24,159 bases of DNA from Deltaproteobacteria bacterium (GTDB lineage Bacteria; Desulfobacterota; Syntrophobacteria; B119-G9), in contig QMLL01000001.1 in the NCBI GenBank assembly GCA_003646715.1, forward strand, positions 1 to 24,159, read 5' to 3'. The notes under the pieces were generated by a model. The model was given only the letters and a program-made list of their open reading frames with translations. It did not search any database and was not told where the DNA came from. The first letter of the stretch is position 1. The number at the start of each line of letters is the position of its first letter. Of this stretch, positions 1-6,902 are shown one piece after another. The position numbers and the translations under genes are program-made.

Positions 1-1098
1 ACCATGGTCGCTCAAGGAACCATTAACAACGATGATAATGCGAAAAGAGCGGGTTCAGAAGGAAAAGACAAGGTTGATGCGGCCTGGTCAATGGACTTTG
101 ATATAACGAGCAAAATAGGTGAAAGCGGAACAGGGTTTTTAAAGCTCGAGGCCGGTCAGGGTTATGGTGTAAACGATGAAGTGGGTGCAATCTCCGGCAT
201 AAACGATGATGCACCGGAAACCGAAGATCCTACTGTAGAAGTCACGGAAGCGTGGTATGAGCATGCTTTTGGCTCTGTACCTCTGGTTGCAACCGTTGGA
301 AAAGTTGATCTCACCAATTATTTTGATGCCAACGAAGTAGCAAACGACGAGACTATTCAGTTTCTATCCTCCGGTTTTGTTAACAACATGGCCGTTGAGT
401 TCCCGGACGATAACGGACTGGGTTCAAGGATCACTTACTCACCAACTGAACTGGTGGACGTAAGTTTAGGTTGGGGTGAAGCTGATTCCAACTTCGAGGA
501 TATCCTTGATGATGGATTTGGAATTTTTGAACTGGACCTGAAACCGACGCTATTCGGGAAACCGGGGAACTACAGGGTTTACGCGTGGCTAAATGGCTAC
601 AATCACTACGACACCGGGGACCTGAAGGATGTAGATGGTACGAAGACAATTGATGATGCAGACGATGACGAAAATAACTGGGGAGTTGGCTTTTCTTTTG
701 ACCAGATTGTATTCAAGGACGTTGCCTTGTTTCTCAGGGGCGGTATCATGGATGATGATGTCGTGAGATATGATGAAGACAGCGAAGAGGTAGATGGTCC
801 ACCTATGAAAGGTGCAATAAGTGGAGGATTCCAGGTTGGCGGTTCTTATTGGGGGCGTGGCGACGACAGGTTTGCTGTCGCATTTGGAAGCGTGTTCCTC
901 GATGATGAGCTGGAAGGTGAATATGGCCTGCCGGATGATATTGCTGATGAACTTCATCTGGAGGTCTATTACACTCTGTCGTTGTTTGAAGGTGGCCTGG
1001 AGTTCTCCCCGGACTTACAAGTTGTCTGGAACGCCGGCGGGGATGATGATGCAGATACCGTAGCCATTGGTGGTGTAAGAATGCAGGTGAACTTCTAG
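1..1098 (+). CDS. OprB-family (carbohydrate-selective type) outer-membrane porin, 5'-truncated by the window edge
   Basis: The frame is open from base 1 and has no signal peptide, so the true start lies upstream. OprB-like segments include GKVDLTNYFDANEVANDETIQFLS, HLEVYY and FSPDLQVVWN. It has alternating beta-strand patterns and a C-terminal Phe (RMQVNF). Confidence 0.75.
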   Translation, partial: TMVAQGTINNDDNAKRAGSEGKDKVDAAWSMDFDITSKIGESGTGFLKLEAGQGYGVNDEVGAISGINDDAPETEDPTVEVTEAWYEHAFGSVPLVATVGKVDLTNYFDANEVANDETIQFLSSGFVNNMAVEFPDDNGLGSRITYSPTELVDVSLGWGEADSNFEDILDDGFGIFELDLKPTLFGKPGNYRVYAWLNGYNHYDTGDLKDVDGTKTIDDADDDENNWGVGFSFDQIVFKDVALFLRGGIMDDDVVRYDEDSEEVDGPPMKGAISGGFQVGGSYWGRGDDRFAVAFGSVFLDDELEGEYGLPDDIADELHLEVYYTLSLFEGGLEFSPDLQVVWNAGGDDDADTVAIGGVRMQVNF

Positions 1099-1117
1099 TT
1101 AATGGCGCTATTTAACC

Positions 1118-1162
1118 AAAAAAGGGGAACGGCCCGCGAAGGGGTGTTCCCCTCTATTTTTT
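1118..1162. terminator. Bidirectional intrinsic terminator between the convergent porin and csp genes
   Basis: Stem AGGGGAAC (1123-1130)/GTTCCCCT (1146-1153) with an inner CCC/GGG helix, an A-tract on the left and a T-tract (1157-1162) on the right. Confidence 0.8.
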
Positions 1163-1184
1163 GGTTCAAATATGATCCTGGTTA

Positions 1185-1385
1185 TTACATTCGCTTTACG
1201 TTGACAGCCTGAGGTCCTTTAGGTGTTTCTTCCACCTCAAAACTCACTTTCTCTCCTTCTTGAAGTGAGCGAAAACCTTCGGCTTCTATGGCGCTGTAGT
1301 GGACGAATACGTCACCCTGCGTCTCGGTTTCAATAAAGCCGTAACCCTTTTGATCATTAAACCATTTCACTCTACCCTCTGCCAT
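1185..1385 (-). CDS. csp: Cold-shock domain protein (CspA family), 66 aa
   Basis: [18 protein letters not shown]...DVFVHYSAI carries the RNP1/RNP2 motifs. The start is moved to ATG 1385 because SD GAAAGGAG lies at 1397-1404 on the minus strand. The specific paralogue cannot be assigned. Confidence 0.97.
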   Translation of the reverse strand: MAEGRVKWFNDQKGYGFIETETQGDVFVHYSAIEAEGFRSLQEGEKVSFEVEETPKGPQAVNVKRM

Positions 1386-1797
1386 AAGCGACCACACTCC
1401 TTTCTTGGTCTTTCGTACTGCTCATCAGGAGTCACTTTTGTGGCAGTCTTGAAACGGTATCGCTCAGGCGAAAGCCAATTTCAAATGACACCAACTAAAC
1501 TTAGACCCTAACTTGCGTACTACTAGTAAAACAATAAAAACTTAAAATTTCCATCCAGTGGCAACGCCACTAAAAAACCTATATCAGATTAAACCATTTG
1601 CTACAAGAAAATTTGAAGAAAAACTTTGTTAGTTTTCATGAAACTGGTCAAAAAACGTGTTTTTTTGTTTTGATCACCAGAACCAGGTCATTCGAGCTCT
1701 TTATCAGGTCTTTTCACAAGACTTTTTTAACACCAAATTTGAAAAAGACATCAACATATGTTAATTTTCTCTCTGTTTTTTTAAGGAGGAATACGGT

Positions 1798-2487
1798 ATG
1801 TACAAAAAGTTACTGGTACTTGTTTTGAGTATTTTGATTTCGCTTGTATCAAGTGGCACTCTGCGGGCGGGATCTTCTCTGGTGATAGATTGCTTCATGC
1901 CATCTGATAATGGAAAGTTTCCGAAAGGTTGGGAATCAAAGCAGATGGGTGAAGCCAGAGGAATTTACAAAGTGGTTCTTGAGGAAGGCAACGCTATTTT
2001 GTGTGCTCATTGCACGAGTAAAGCTGTATCCATAGGTAAGAAAATTGAGATTGACTTGAGAAAGTACCCCATTCTCAAATGGAGATGGAAAGTGGTTAAG
2101 TCCCCGATAGGAGCGGACGAGCGGCATAAGAAAACTGGGGACAGTGCAGCTGCAATATATGTTGTTTTTCCCAATGGAATGAAAGTTTGGAGCCCCAAAG
2201 CCATCAAATATGTCTGGAGTTCCAGCTCTATGCCTCAAAATTCAACCACTGTGAGTCCTTACGCTAGCAATACCAAGATAGTTGTTCTGGAAAACAGGGA
2301 GACACCTCTCGGCGTTTGGATAGAAGAAGAGGTGAACGTCCTTAAGGACTATACCAGATTTTTCGGGGAGAAAATCGTAAGCGCCAAAATGATAGGTATA
2401 ATGTCGGATTCTGATAATACGAATTCCGAAGTTCATGCCTGTTATGACGATATTGTGCTGGAAAGTATTTCAGCGAAAGTACAATGA
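1798..2487 (+). CDS. DUF3047-family exported protein
   Basis: N-terminal signal peptide, YPILKWRWKV, DSAAAIYVVF, IKYVWSS and IGIMSDSDNT motifs typical of DUF3047. SD AAGGAGG upstream. Confidence 0.85.
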   Translation: MYKKLLVLVLSILISLVSSGTLRAGSSLVIDCFMPSDNGKFPKGWESKQMGEARGIYKVVLEEGNAILCAHCTSKAVSIGKKIEIDLRKYPILKWRWKVVKSPIGADERHKKTGDSAAAIYVVFPNGMKVWSPKAIKYVWSSSSMPQNSTTVSPYASNTKIVVLENRETPLGVWIEEEVNVLKDYTRFFGEKIVSAKMIGIMSDSDNTNSEVHACYDDIVLESISAKVQ

Positions 2488-2512
2488 ATAATTAAGCCAG
2501 AGTAAATTCTGT

Positions 2513-2541
2513 TTGACAATGGCATCATTTGCTGGTAGTAG
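2513..2541 (+). promoter_or_regulatory. Sigma70-type promoter for the trp leader/trpB2 transcript
   Basis: TTGACA (2513-2518), a 17-nt spacer, TG at 2533-2534 and TAGTAG (2536-2541), about 35 nt upstream of the leader ATG. Confidence 0.6.
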
Positions 2542-2574
2542 TAACCGTAATCGTGGAGATAGGCGGATAGAGAT

Positions 2575-2655
2575 ATGAATACCACCTGTAGAAACTGTGA
2601 TGCAATTTCCTGTTTGTTTTGGTGGTGGCAGGCTCACATGAGCCTGCCCTCATAG
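2575..2655 (+). CDS. trpL: Trp leader peptide (attenuator peptide) MNTTCRNCDAISCLFWWWQAHMSLPS, 26 aa; not in the ORF track
   Basis: ATG 2575, three tandem TGG codons (2620-2628), TAG 2653-2655 and SD-like AGGCGG 2561-2566. It sits directly upstream of a terminator and a tryptophan synthase beta gene. Confidence 0.85.
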   Translation: MNTTCRNCDAISCLFWWWQAHMSLPS

Positions 2656-2760
2656 GCTCTATCTCTCTAAAATAGAATAAGGAGAGCCATGGGGTAGGTA
2701 AAGTCCCATGGCTCAAACTTTTTTAGATGCCGTGGGGCTTTCCTCACGGCATTTTAATTT
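2620..2760 (+). promoter_or_regulatory. Ribosome-mediated transcription attenuator of trpB2
   Basis: Mutually exclusive helices read by hand: 2627-2635/2640-2648; 2655-2660/2683-2688; 2684-2693/2705-2714; antiterminator 2700-2712/2729-2741 (13 bp, 2 G-U); terminator 2727-2737/2742-2752 plus a T-rich tail. Confidence 0.8.
2727..2760 (+). terminator. Attenuator terminator hairpin upstream of trpB2
   Basis: ATGCCGTGGGG-CTTT-CCTCACGGCAT followed by TTTAATTT, ending 26 nt before the trpB2 ATG. Confidence 0.8.
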
Positions 2761-2786
2761 GTGAAATTAAAGAAGGGAGGATTGTT

Positions 2787-4148
2787 ATGACAGACGTAAA
2801 GGTATTCCTGGATGAGAGCGAACTGCCCAGACAATGGTACAACATACTGGCAGATTTGCCCACACCAATGAAACCGCCTCTACACCCAGCTACGGGTGAA
2901 CCTATTAACCCAGAAGATCTCGCTCCAGTGTTTCCCATGAATCTTATTGAGCAGGAAGTGGCTTCGGATAGATGGATAGATATTCCGGAACCGGTGCTTG
3001 AAAAATACGCTCTTTGGAGACCGACTCCTCTGTATCGTGCAAAGAACTTTGAGAAGTTTCTCGATGCACCAGTGAAAATCTACTACAAGAACGAGGGGGT
3101 TAGTCCTCCGGGATCGCACAAGCCCAACACAGCGGTAGCTCAGGCTTATTACAACAAAGTTTTCGGAATAAAGAGAATATCCACCGAAACAGGGGCAGGG
3201 CAGTGGGGTAGCGCGCTTAGCATGGCCTGCCAGATGTTCGGTCTTCAATGCAGGGTTTTTATGGTGAGGGTAAGTTATGATCAAAAACCTTACAGACGTT
3301 TGATGATGGCAACATGGGGTGCAGAATGTGTTCCCAGTCCGAGCAATATAACAGAGGTTGGAAAAAAGATTCTCGAAGAGCATCCGGATTCTCCAGGTAG
3401 TCTGGGAATTGCCATAAGCGAGGCCATAGAAGATGCGGTGGGCGATGAGAATGCTCGTTACTCTCTGGGTAGTGTTCTCAATCATGTGCTTCTACATCAG
3501 ACCATCATAGGCCTTGAAGCTCAAAAACAGCTCGAGAAAATAGGGGAATATCCCGATGTGGTTATGGGTTGTGCCGGTGGTGGTAGTAATTTCGCAGGAA
3601 TATGTTTACCCTTTGTAAGAGATAAAATCCATGGGAAAGAAGTCTCCATTGTTGCTGCAGAACCCACATCGTGTCCAACCATGACTCGAGGACCATATGC
3701 TTATGACTTTGGCGACCTGGCAAAAACAACTCCCTTGTTGCCCATGCACACTCTTGGGCATGACTTTGTACCCCCTCCCATTCACGCTGGAGGGCTAAGA
3801 TACCACGGTATGGCTCCCATTATCAGTCATTTGTTGAAAGAAAAGCTTATTGAAGCTAGAGGCTTTAACCAGATAGATACTTTTACCGCAGGTGTTAACT
3901 GGGCAAGAACGGAAGGATTTATACCGGCACCTGAGACAAACCACGTCATTGCCGCTGTGGTTCAGGAAGCTCAAAAAGCAAAAGAAGAAGGAAAAGAAAA
4001 AGTCATCCTTTTCAACTGGAGCGGGCATGGGATTATTGATCTGGCCGCTTATGATGCCTTTTTATCAGGAAAATTGACTCAATATGAATTGCCAGAAGAA
4101 GAAATCGAAAGGGCTTTAAAATCGCTGGAAGGTCTGCCGAAACCGTAG
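2787..4148 (+). CDS. trpB2: Tryptophan synthase beta chain, stand-alone type 2 (TrpB2), 453 aa
   Basis: PLP-lysine motif GSHKPNTA plus [34 protein letters not shown] and FNWSGHG. Its length and N-terminus (PRQWYNI) fit TrpB2. The start is reassigned to ATG 2787 behind SD GGGAGG (2775-2780). No trpA is adjacent. Confidence 0.95.
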   Translation: MTDVKVFLDESELPRQWYNILADLPTPMKPPLHPATGEPINPEDLAPVFPMNLIEQEVASDRWIDIPEPVLEKYALWRPTPLYRAKNFEKFLDAPVKIYYKNEGVSPPGSHKPNTAVAQAYYNKVFGIKRISTETGAGQWGSALSMACQMFGLQCRVFMVRVSYDQKPYRRLMMATWGAECVPSPSNITEVGKKILEEHPDSPGSLGIAISEAIEDAVGDENARYSLGSVLNHVLLHQTIIGLEAQKQLEKIGEYPDVVMGCAGGGSNFAGICLPFVRDKIHGKEVSIVAAEPTSCPTMTRGPYAYDFGDLAKTTPLLPMHTLGHDFVPPPIHAGGLRYHGMAPIISHLLKEKLIEARGFNQIDTFTAGVNWARTEGFIPAPETNHVIAAVVQEAQKAKEEGKEKVILFNWSGHGIIDLAAYDAFLSGKLTQYELPEEEIERALKSLEGLPKP

Positions 4149-4178
4149 CTTAACAGGTTTCGGGGAGGTATCTAAGAG

Positions 4179-4457
4179 ATGATTGTAGATCTGGAAATTA
4201 GATGCCCCAAACTGGGGCATCAGGTAAAGTTTGACTACTGCGAAAAGGAGCAGATAAGTCTCCCGTGCAAAAGAATAATCAAATGCTGGCAAATTTACTT
4301 CCCGGTGGAGATTTATCTCAAGAAAAAGTTAACAGAAGAAGAGTGGAATAGGTGTTTTAACGAAAAACCCAAGGAAAAAATACTAACTTTGCTGGAATTG
4401 ATTGACGCAGCAAAGAGGAGGAAGGAGAAAAAAGGTCAGAGTAAAGATAAACTATAG
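4179..4457 (+). CDS. Small hypothetical protein with four Cys (C-x11-C-x8-C-x5-C), possibly metal-binding
   Basis: SD GGGGAGG 4162-4168, motif RCPKLGH...YC...PC...CW, a basic C-terminus and tight operon spacing. Confidence 0.7.
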   Translation: MIVDLEIRCPKLGHQVKFDYCEKEQISLPCKRIIKCWQIYFPVEIYLKKKLTEEEWNRCFNEKPKEKILTLLELIDAAKRRKEKKGQSKDKL

Positions 4458-4482
4458 CATTTAATCAGAGGAGGAAAGGGGT

Positions 4483-5466
4483 ATGAGGAGGTCTGAAAAA
4501 TCAAACAACAGGCGTTGTCAGATTGTTATAGGTCTTGTGGTCTTCTTTTCTTTTTTATTAGCTCCAGCTTTATCTTTTGCTTATCATGAACCAGCCCTTA
4601 ATCTTGGCTTTACAACGTTTCTGGATGGGGGCCCGCCCGCAGGACCAGGATTTTATTTCTCTCAATATTTTCAATACTATAACTCCGATAAGTTAACCGA
4701 CAGCGATGGTGATGAATTGTTGCCGCCGTTCGCTGATGAGGACCTCGATGTATTTATTAGTCTTTCCCAGCTAATATATCATTCGAACCAGCCAATACTG
4801 TTTGGAGGGAAATGGGGCTTCGAGTTGATCATACCCTACGTGGGACTTGATCTGGACTATGAGGTAAACGGGCCATTTCCTGAAGATAATGGCTCAGGTT
4901 TCGGAGATATTCTTATTGGGCCTTTTATTCAGTGGGATCCGATAATGGGTAAAAAGGGGCCTATCTTCATGCATCGTTTTGAGATTTCTGTGATAGTACC
5001 AACTGGCAAATATGACGATGACAAGGAACTCAATCCAGGGAGCAACTTTTTTTCAATTAACCCTTACTGGTCTGCGACTCTTTTTATCACCCCGAGATGG
5101 ACTCTTTCCGGGAGATTTCATTATCTCTGGAATGCAAAAAACGATGATCCCAACAGGCAGTTTGCGGGAGCGGATGATACACAGGCGGGACAAGCATTTC
5201 ATGTGAATTTTACCTCTGCTTATGAGGTAGTACCAAATAGATTCAGAGTAGGTATAAATGGTTATTATTTGAAGCAGTTTACAGATACCGAGGTGGACGG
5301 TCACGATATTTCAGATAGCAAAGAGCAGGTTTTAGGACTCGGTCCTGGCTTTGTGATCCACTTCTCAAGAGATATACATTTGGTTTTCAACGCATATTTT
5401 GAAACTCAGGTCGAAAACCGACCAAAAGGAGAACGGTATAATCTTAGGTTTTTGTATCATTTCTAG
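4483..5466 (+). CDS. SphA/COG4313 (phenol MetA-pathway-like) outer-membrane beta-barrel channel
   Basis: Signal peptide, LNLGFTTFLDG-PP-GPGFY, GFGDILIGP-IQW, PTGKYD, GINGYYLKQ-TD, VLGLGPG and a terminal aromatic residue (LYHF). SD GAGGAGG upstream. Confidence 0.85.
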   Translation: MRRSEKSNNRRCQIVIGLVVFFSFLLAPALSFAYHEPALNLGFTTFLDGGPPAGPGFYFSQYFQYYNSDKLTDSDGDELLPPFADEDLDVFISLSQLIYHSNQPILFGGKWGFELIIPYVGLDLDYEVNGPFPEDNGSGFGDILIGPFIQWDPIMGKKGPIFMHRFEISVIVPTGKYDDDKELNPGSNFFSINPYWSATLFITPRWTLSGRFHYLWNAKNDDPNRQFAGADDTQAGQAFHVNFTSAYEVVPNRFRVGINGYYLKQFTDTEVDGHDISDSKEQVLGLGPGFVIHFSRDIHLVFNAYFETQVENRPKGERYNLRFLYHF

Positions 5467-5519
5467 CCGGCCGAAGCAAAACTAATCAACGGGTAGTGTA
5501 CTGGTCAGCTGCCCGAGTA

Positions 5520-5621
5520 GTCCCGTGCCCATTTTGAAAACTCTTTCTCGAGCTGTGATAAGTGTTCGAATAGAACCACTACATTCCGGAAGCCCTTACA
5601 ATTTTAAAATGGGTGCGGGAC
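5520..5621. repeat. 102-bp element bounded by about 20-bp imperfect inverted repeats and flanked by GTA direct repeats (MITE-like or structured RNA)
   Basis: GTCCCGTGCCCATTTT(G)AAAA at 5520-5540 versus TTTTAAAATGGGTGCGGGAC at 5602-5621. GTA at 5517-5519 and 5622-5624. Confidence 0.5.
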
Positions 5622-5853
5622 GTATGTCGGGCCCTGAATCGGAAAGCCGTAGACTAAGGCAGATTTGTTTGACTCCTTTCTTGATATGCTGCTAGATTGT
5701 TTTTAGATGAACTATTTTCTACTCAGTATTAGCTCACGCGTTTCTCTAGATTTTTTATTCGAATTTATTGCAAAATTTGTGGTTAAGGCATGTTATTCAG
5801 TCTGGTAACGGAAGTGTTTGTTTCCGGGAACATCGCCGGAGGAGGAAAGTTTC

Positions 5854-6888
5854 ATGACGGACTACTACGTTGATCTTGAAACGACTGCTGAAATTGTGAA
5901 AAAGATTCTTCCGAAAATGGGAGAGTTCAAGGTACCAATAACTCCCCAGAACTATCGCGTGTGGTTTGAATACTACAGCGGTACGAATAAAGAACTACTA
6001 GAAGAAATAAACTCAATAATTGAAGCAAGGCGAAAGTTTACACCAGAGCTGAACAGATATCTTTATACCAAGTACTTCGGCGATGATCATAATAAGGAAA
6101 TGCTTCGTGAGGTCCAGGCGAAAACCATAAATGTGCTCAAAAACTTTCTTGAACAGGTACTGGCTACAACCAATACTACCTCGGATTATGGAAACAAGCT
6201 TGAAAAATATTCAGAACAACTGAGCAAAGCGGAAGATCTTTCAGAGATTCAGGAAATCCTCGAAAACATGATCCGCGAAACCTCTCACATGGTGGAATCC
6301 ACTAGAGATCTTCACTCAAAATTACAGGAAGCAAGTAACCAGGTGGAAATGCTAAGAGAAGAGCTGGCAAAGACCGCCGAAGAAGCAAAGAGAGATGCTT
6401 TAACTGGGCTTCATAATCGGAAGGCCTTTGATGAAGAAATTGCCAAATTGTATAAGAGATACAAAGACAAAGGAGAGATTTTTTCTCTTATTTTTGTGGA
6501 CATAGACCATTTCAAAAGATTCAATGACCAGTTTGGACACAAGGTTGGTGATAAGGTATTACAGGTGGTGGCAAATAGCTTAAATTATACCCTGAAAGGG
6601 AAAGATTTCGTTGGCAGGTATGGCGGTGAGGAATTCGTGGTACTTTTGCCGCTTACGGAATTAGATAATGCCTGCCTTGTGGCGGAACAAATTAGAGAAA
6701 ATATATCGATTAAAAGACTTCGTGTGACAAAAACGGGAGAAAACCTGGGCACAATAACGGTAAGTGCAGGAGTCTCACAGATAAACGAATCTGATACAAT
6801 TGAATCTCTGGTTGAAAGAGCTGACAAAGCACTTTACCTTGCGAAAAATTCCGGTAGAAATAACGTCAAATCTGAAAAAGATCTATAG
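5854..6888 (+). CDS. Cytoplasmic diguanylate cyclase (GGDEF) with N-terminal helical/coiled-coil region, 344 aa
   Basis: RDALTGLHNR, DIDHFKRFNDQFGH-VGD, GRYGGEEF and ADKALY-AK-SGRN. The N-terminal PITPQNYRVWFEY segment is common in this DGC subtype. The start is set at ATG 5854 behind SD GGAGGAGG. Confidence 0.93.
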   Translation: MTDYYVDLETTAEIVKKILPKMGEFKVPITPQNYRVWFEYYSGTNKELLEEINSIIEARRKFTPELNRYLYTKYFGDDHNKEMLREVQAKTINVLKNFLEQVLATTNTTSDYGNKLEKYSEQLSKAEDLSEIQEILENMIRETSHMVESTRDLHSKLQEASNQVEMLREELAKTAEEAKRDALTGLHNRKAFDEEIAKLYKRYKDKGEIFSLIFVDIDHFKRFNDQFGHKVGDKVLQVVANSLNYTLKGKDFVGRYGGEEFVVLLPLTELDNACLVAEQIRENISIKRLRVTKTGENLGTITVSAGVSQINESDTIESLVERADKALYLAKNSGRNNVKSEKDL

Positions 6889-6902
6889 TTCCTTATATAG
6901 TT

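Noticed and set aside
1407-1507. Hammerhead-ribozyme-like core in the csp leader (minus strand CUGAUGA-G-cagua-C-GAAA-GACC, with GGUCUA about 75 nt upstream able to form stem III)
   Set aside because: Stem II would be a single base pair, stem I needs an extra unpaired C and is only 4 bp around a ~70-nt loop, and the local GGUC is followed by G rather than U. It is a near miss and probably chance. An in vitro self-cleavage assay or Infernal search would settle it.
2727-2786. ORF-track starts upstream of trpB2 (2727), and similarly for csp (1397), GGDEF (5818), C25 (9041), yeeE2 (14675) and the TPR gene (15246)
   Set aside because: The extensions run through terminators, SD sequences or upstream genes. 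Downstream starts have proper SDs and match family N-termini.
5611-5665. c-di-GMP-I (GEMM) riboswitch upstream of the GGDEF gene (GGGAC and CGGAAAGCC fragments present)
   Set aside because: The fragments are not contiguous as in the consensus, and the AAACC/GNRA P2 hairpin and P1 are missing.
5605-5680. Orphan strong SD (GAAAGGAG, minus strand 5673-5680) followed by ATC at start-codon distance
   Set aside because: There is no valid start codon, and the frames are short and resemble no family I recognise. At most it is a decayed remnant.
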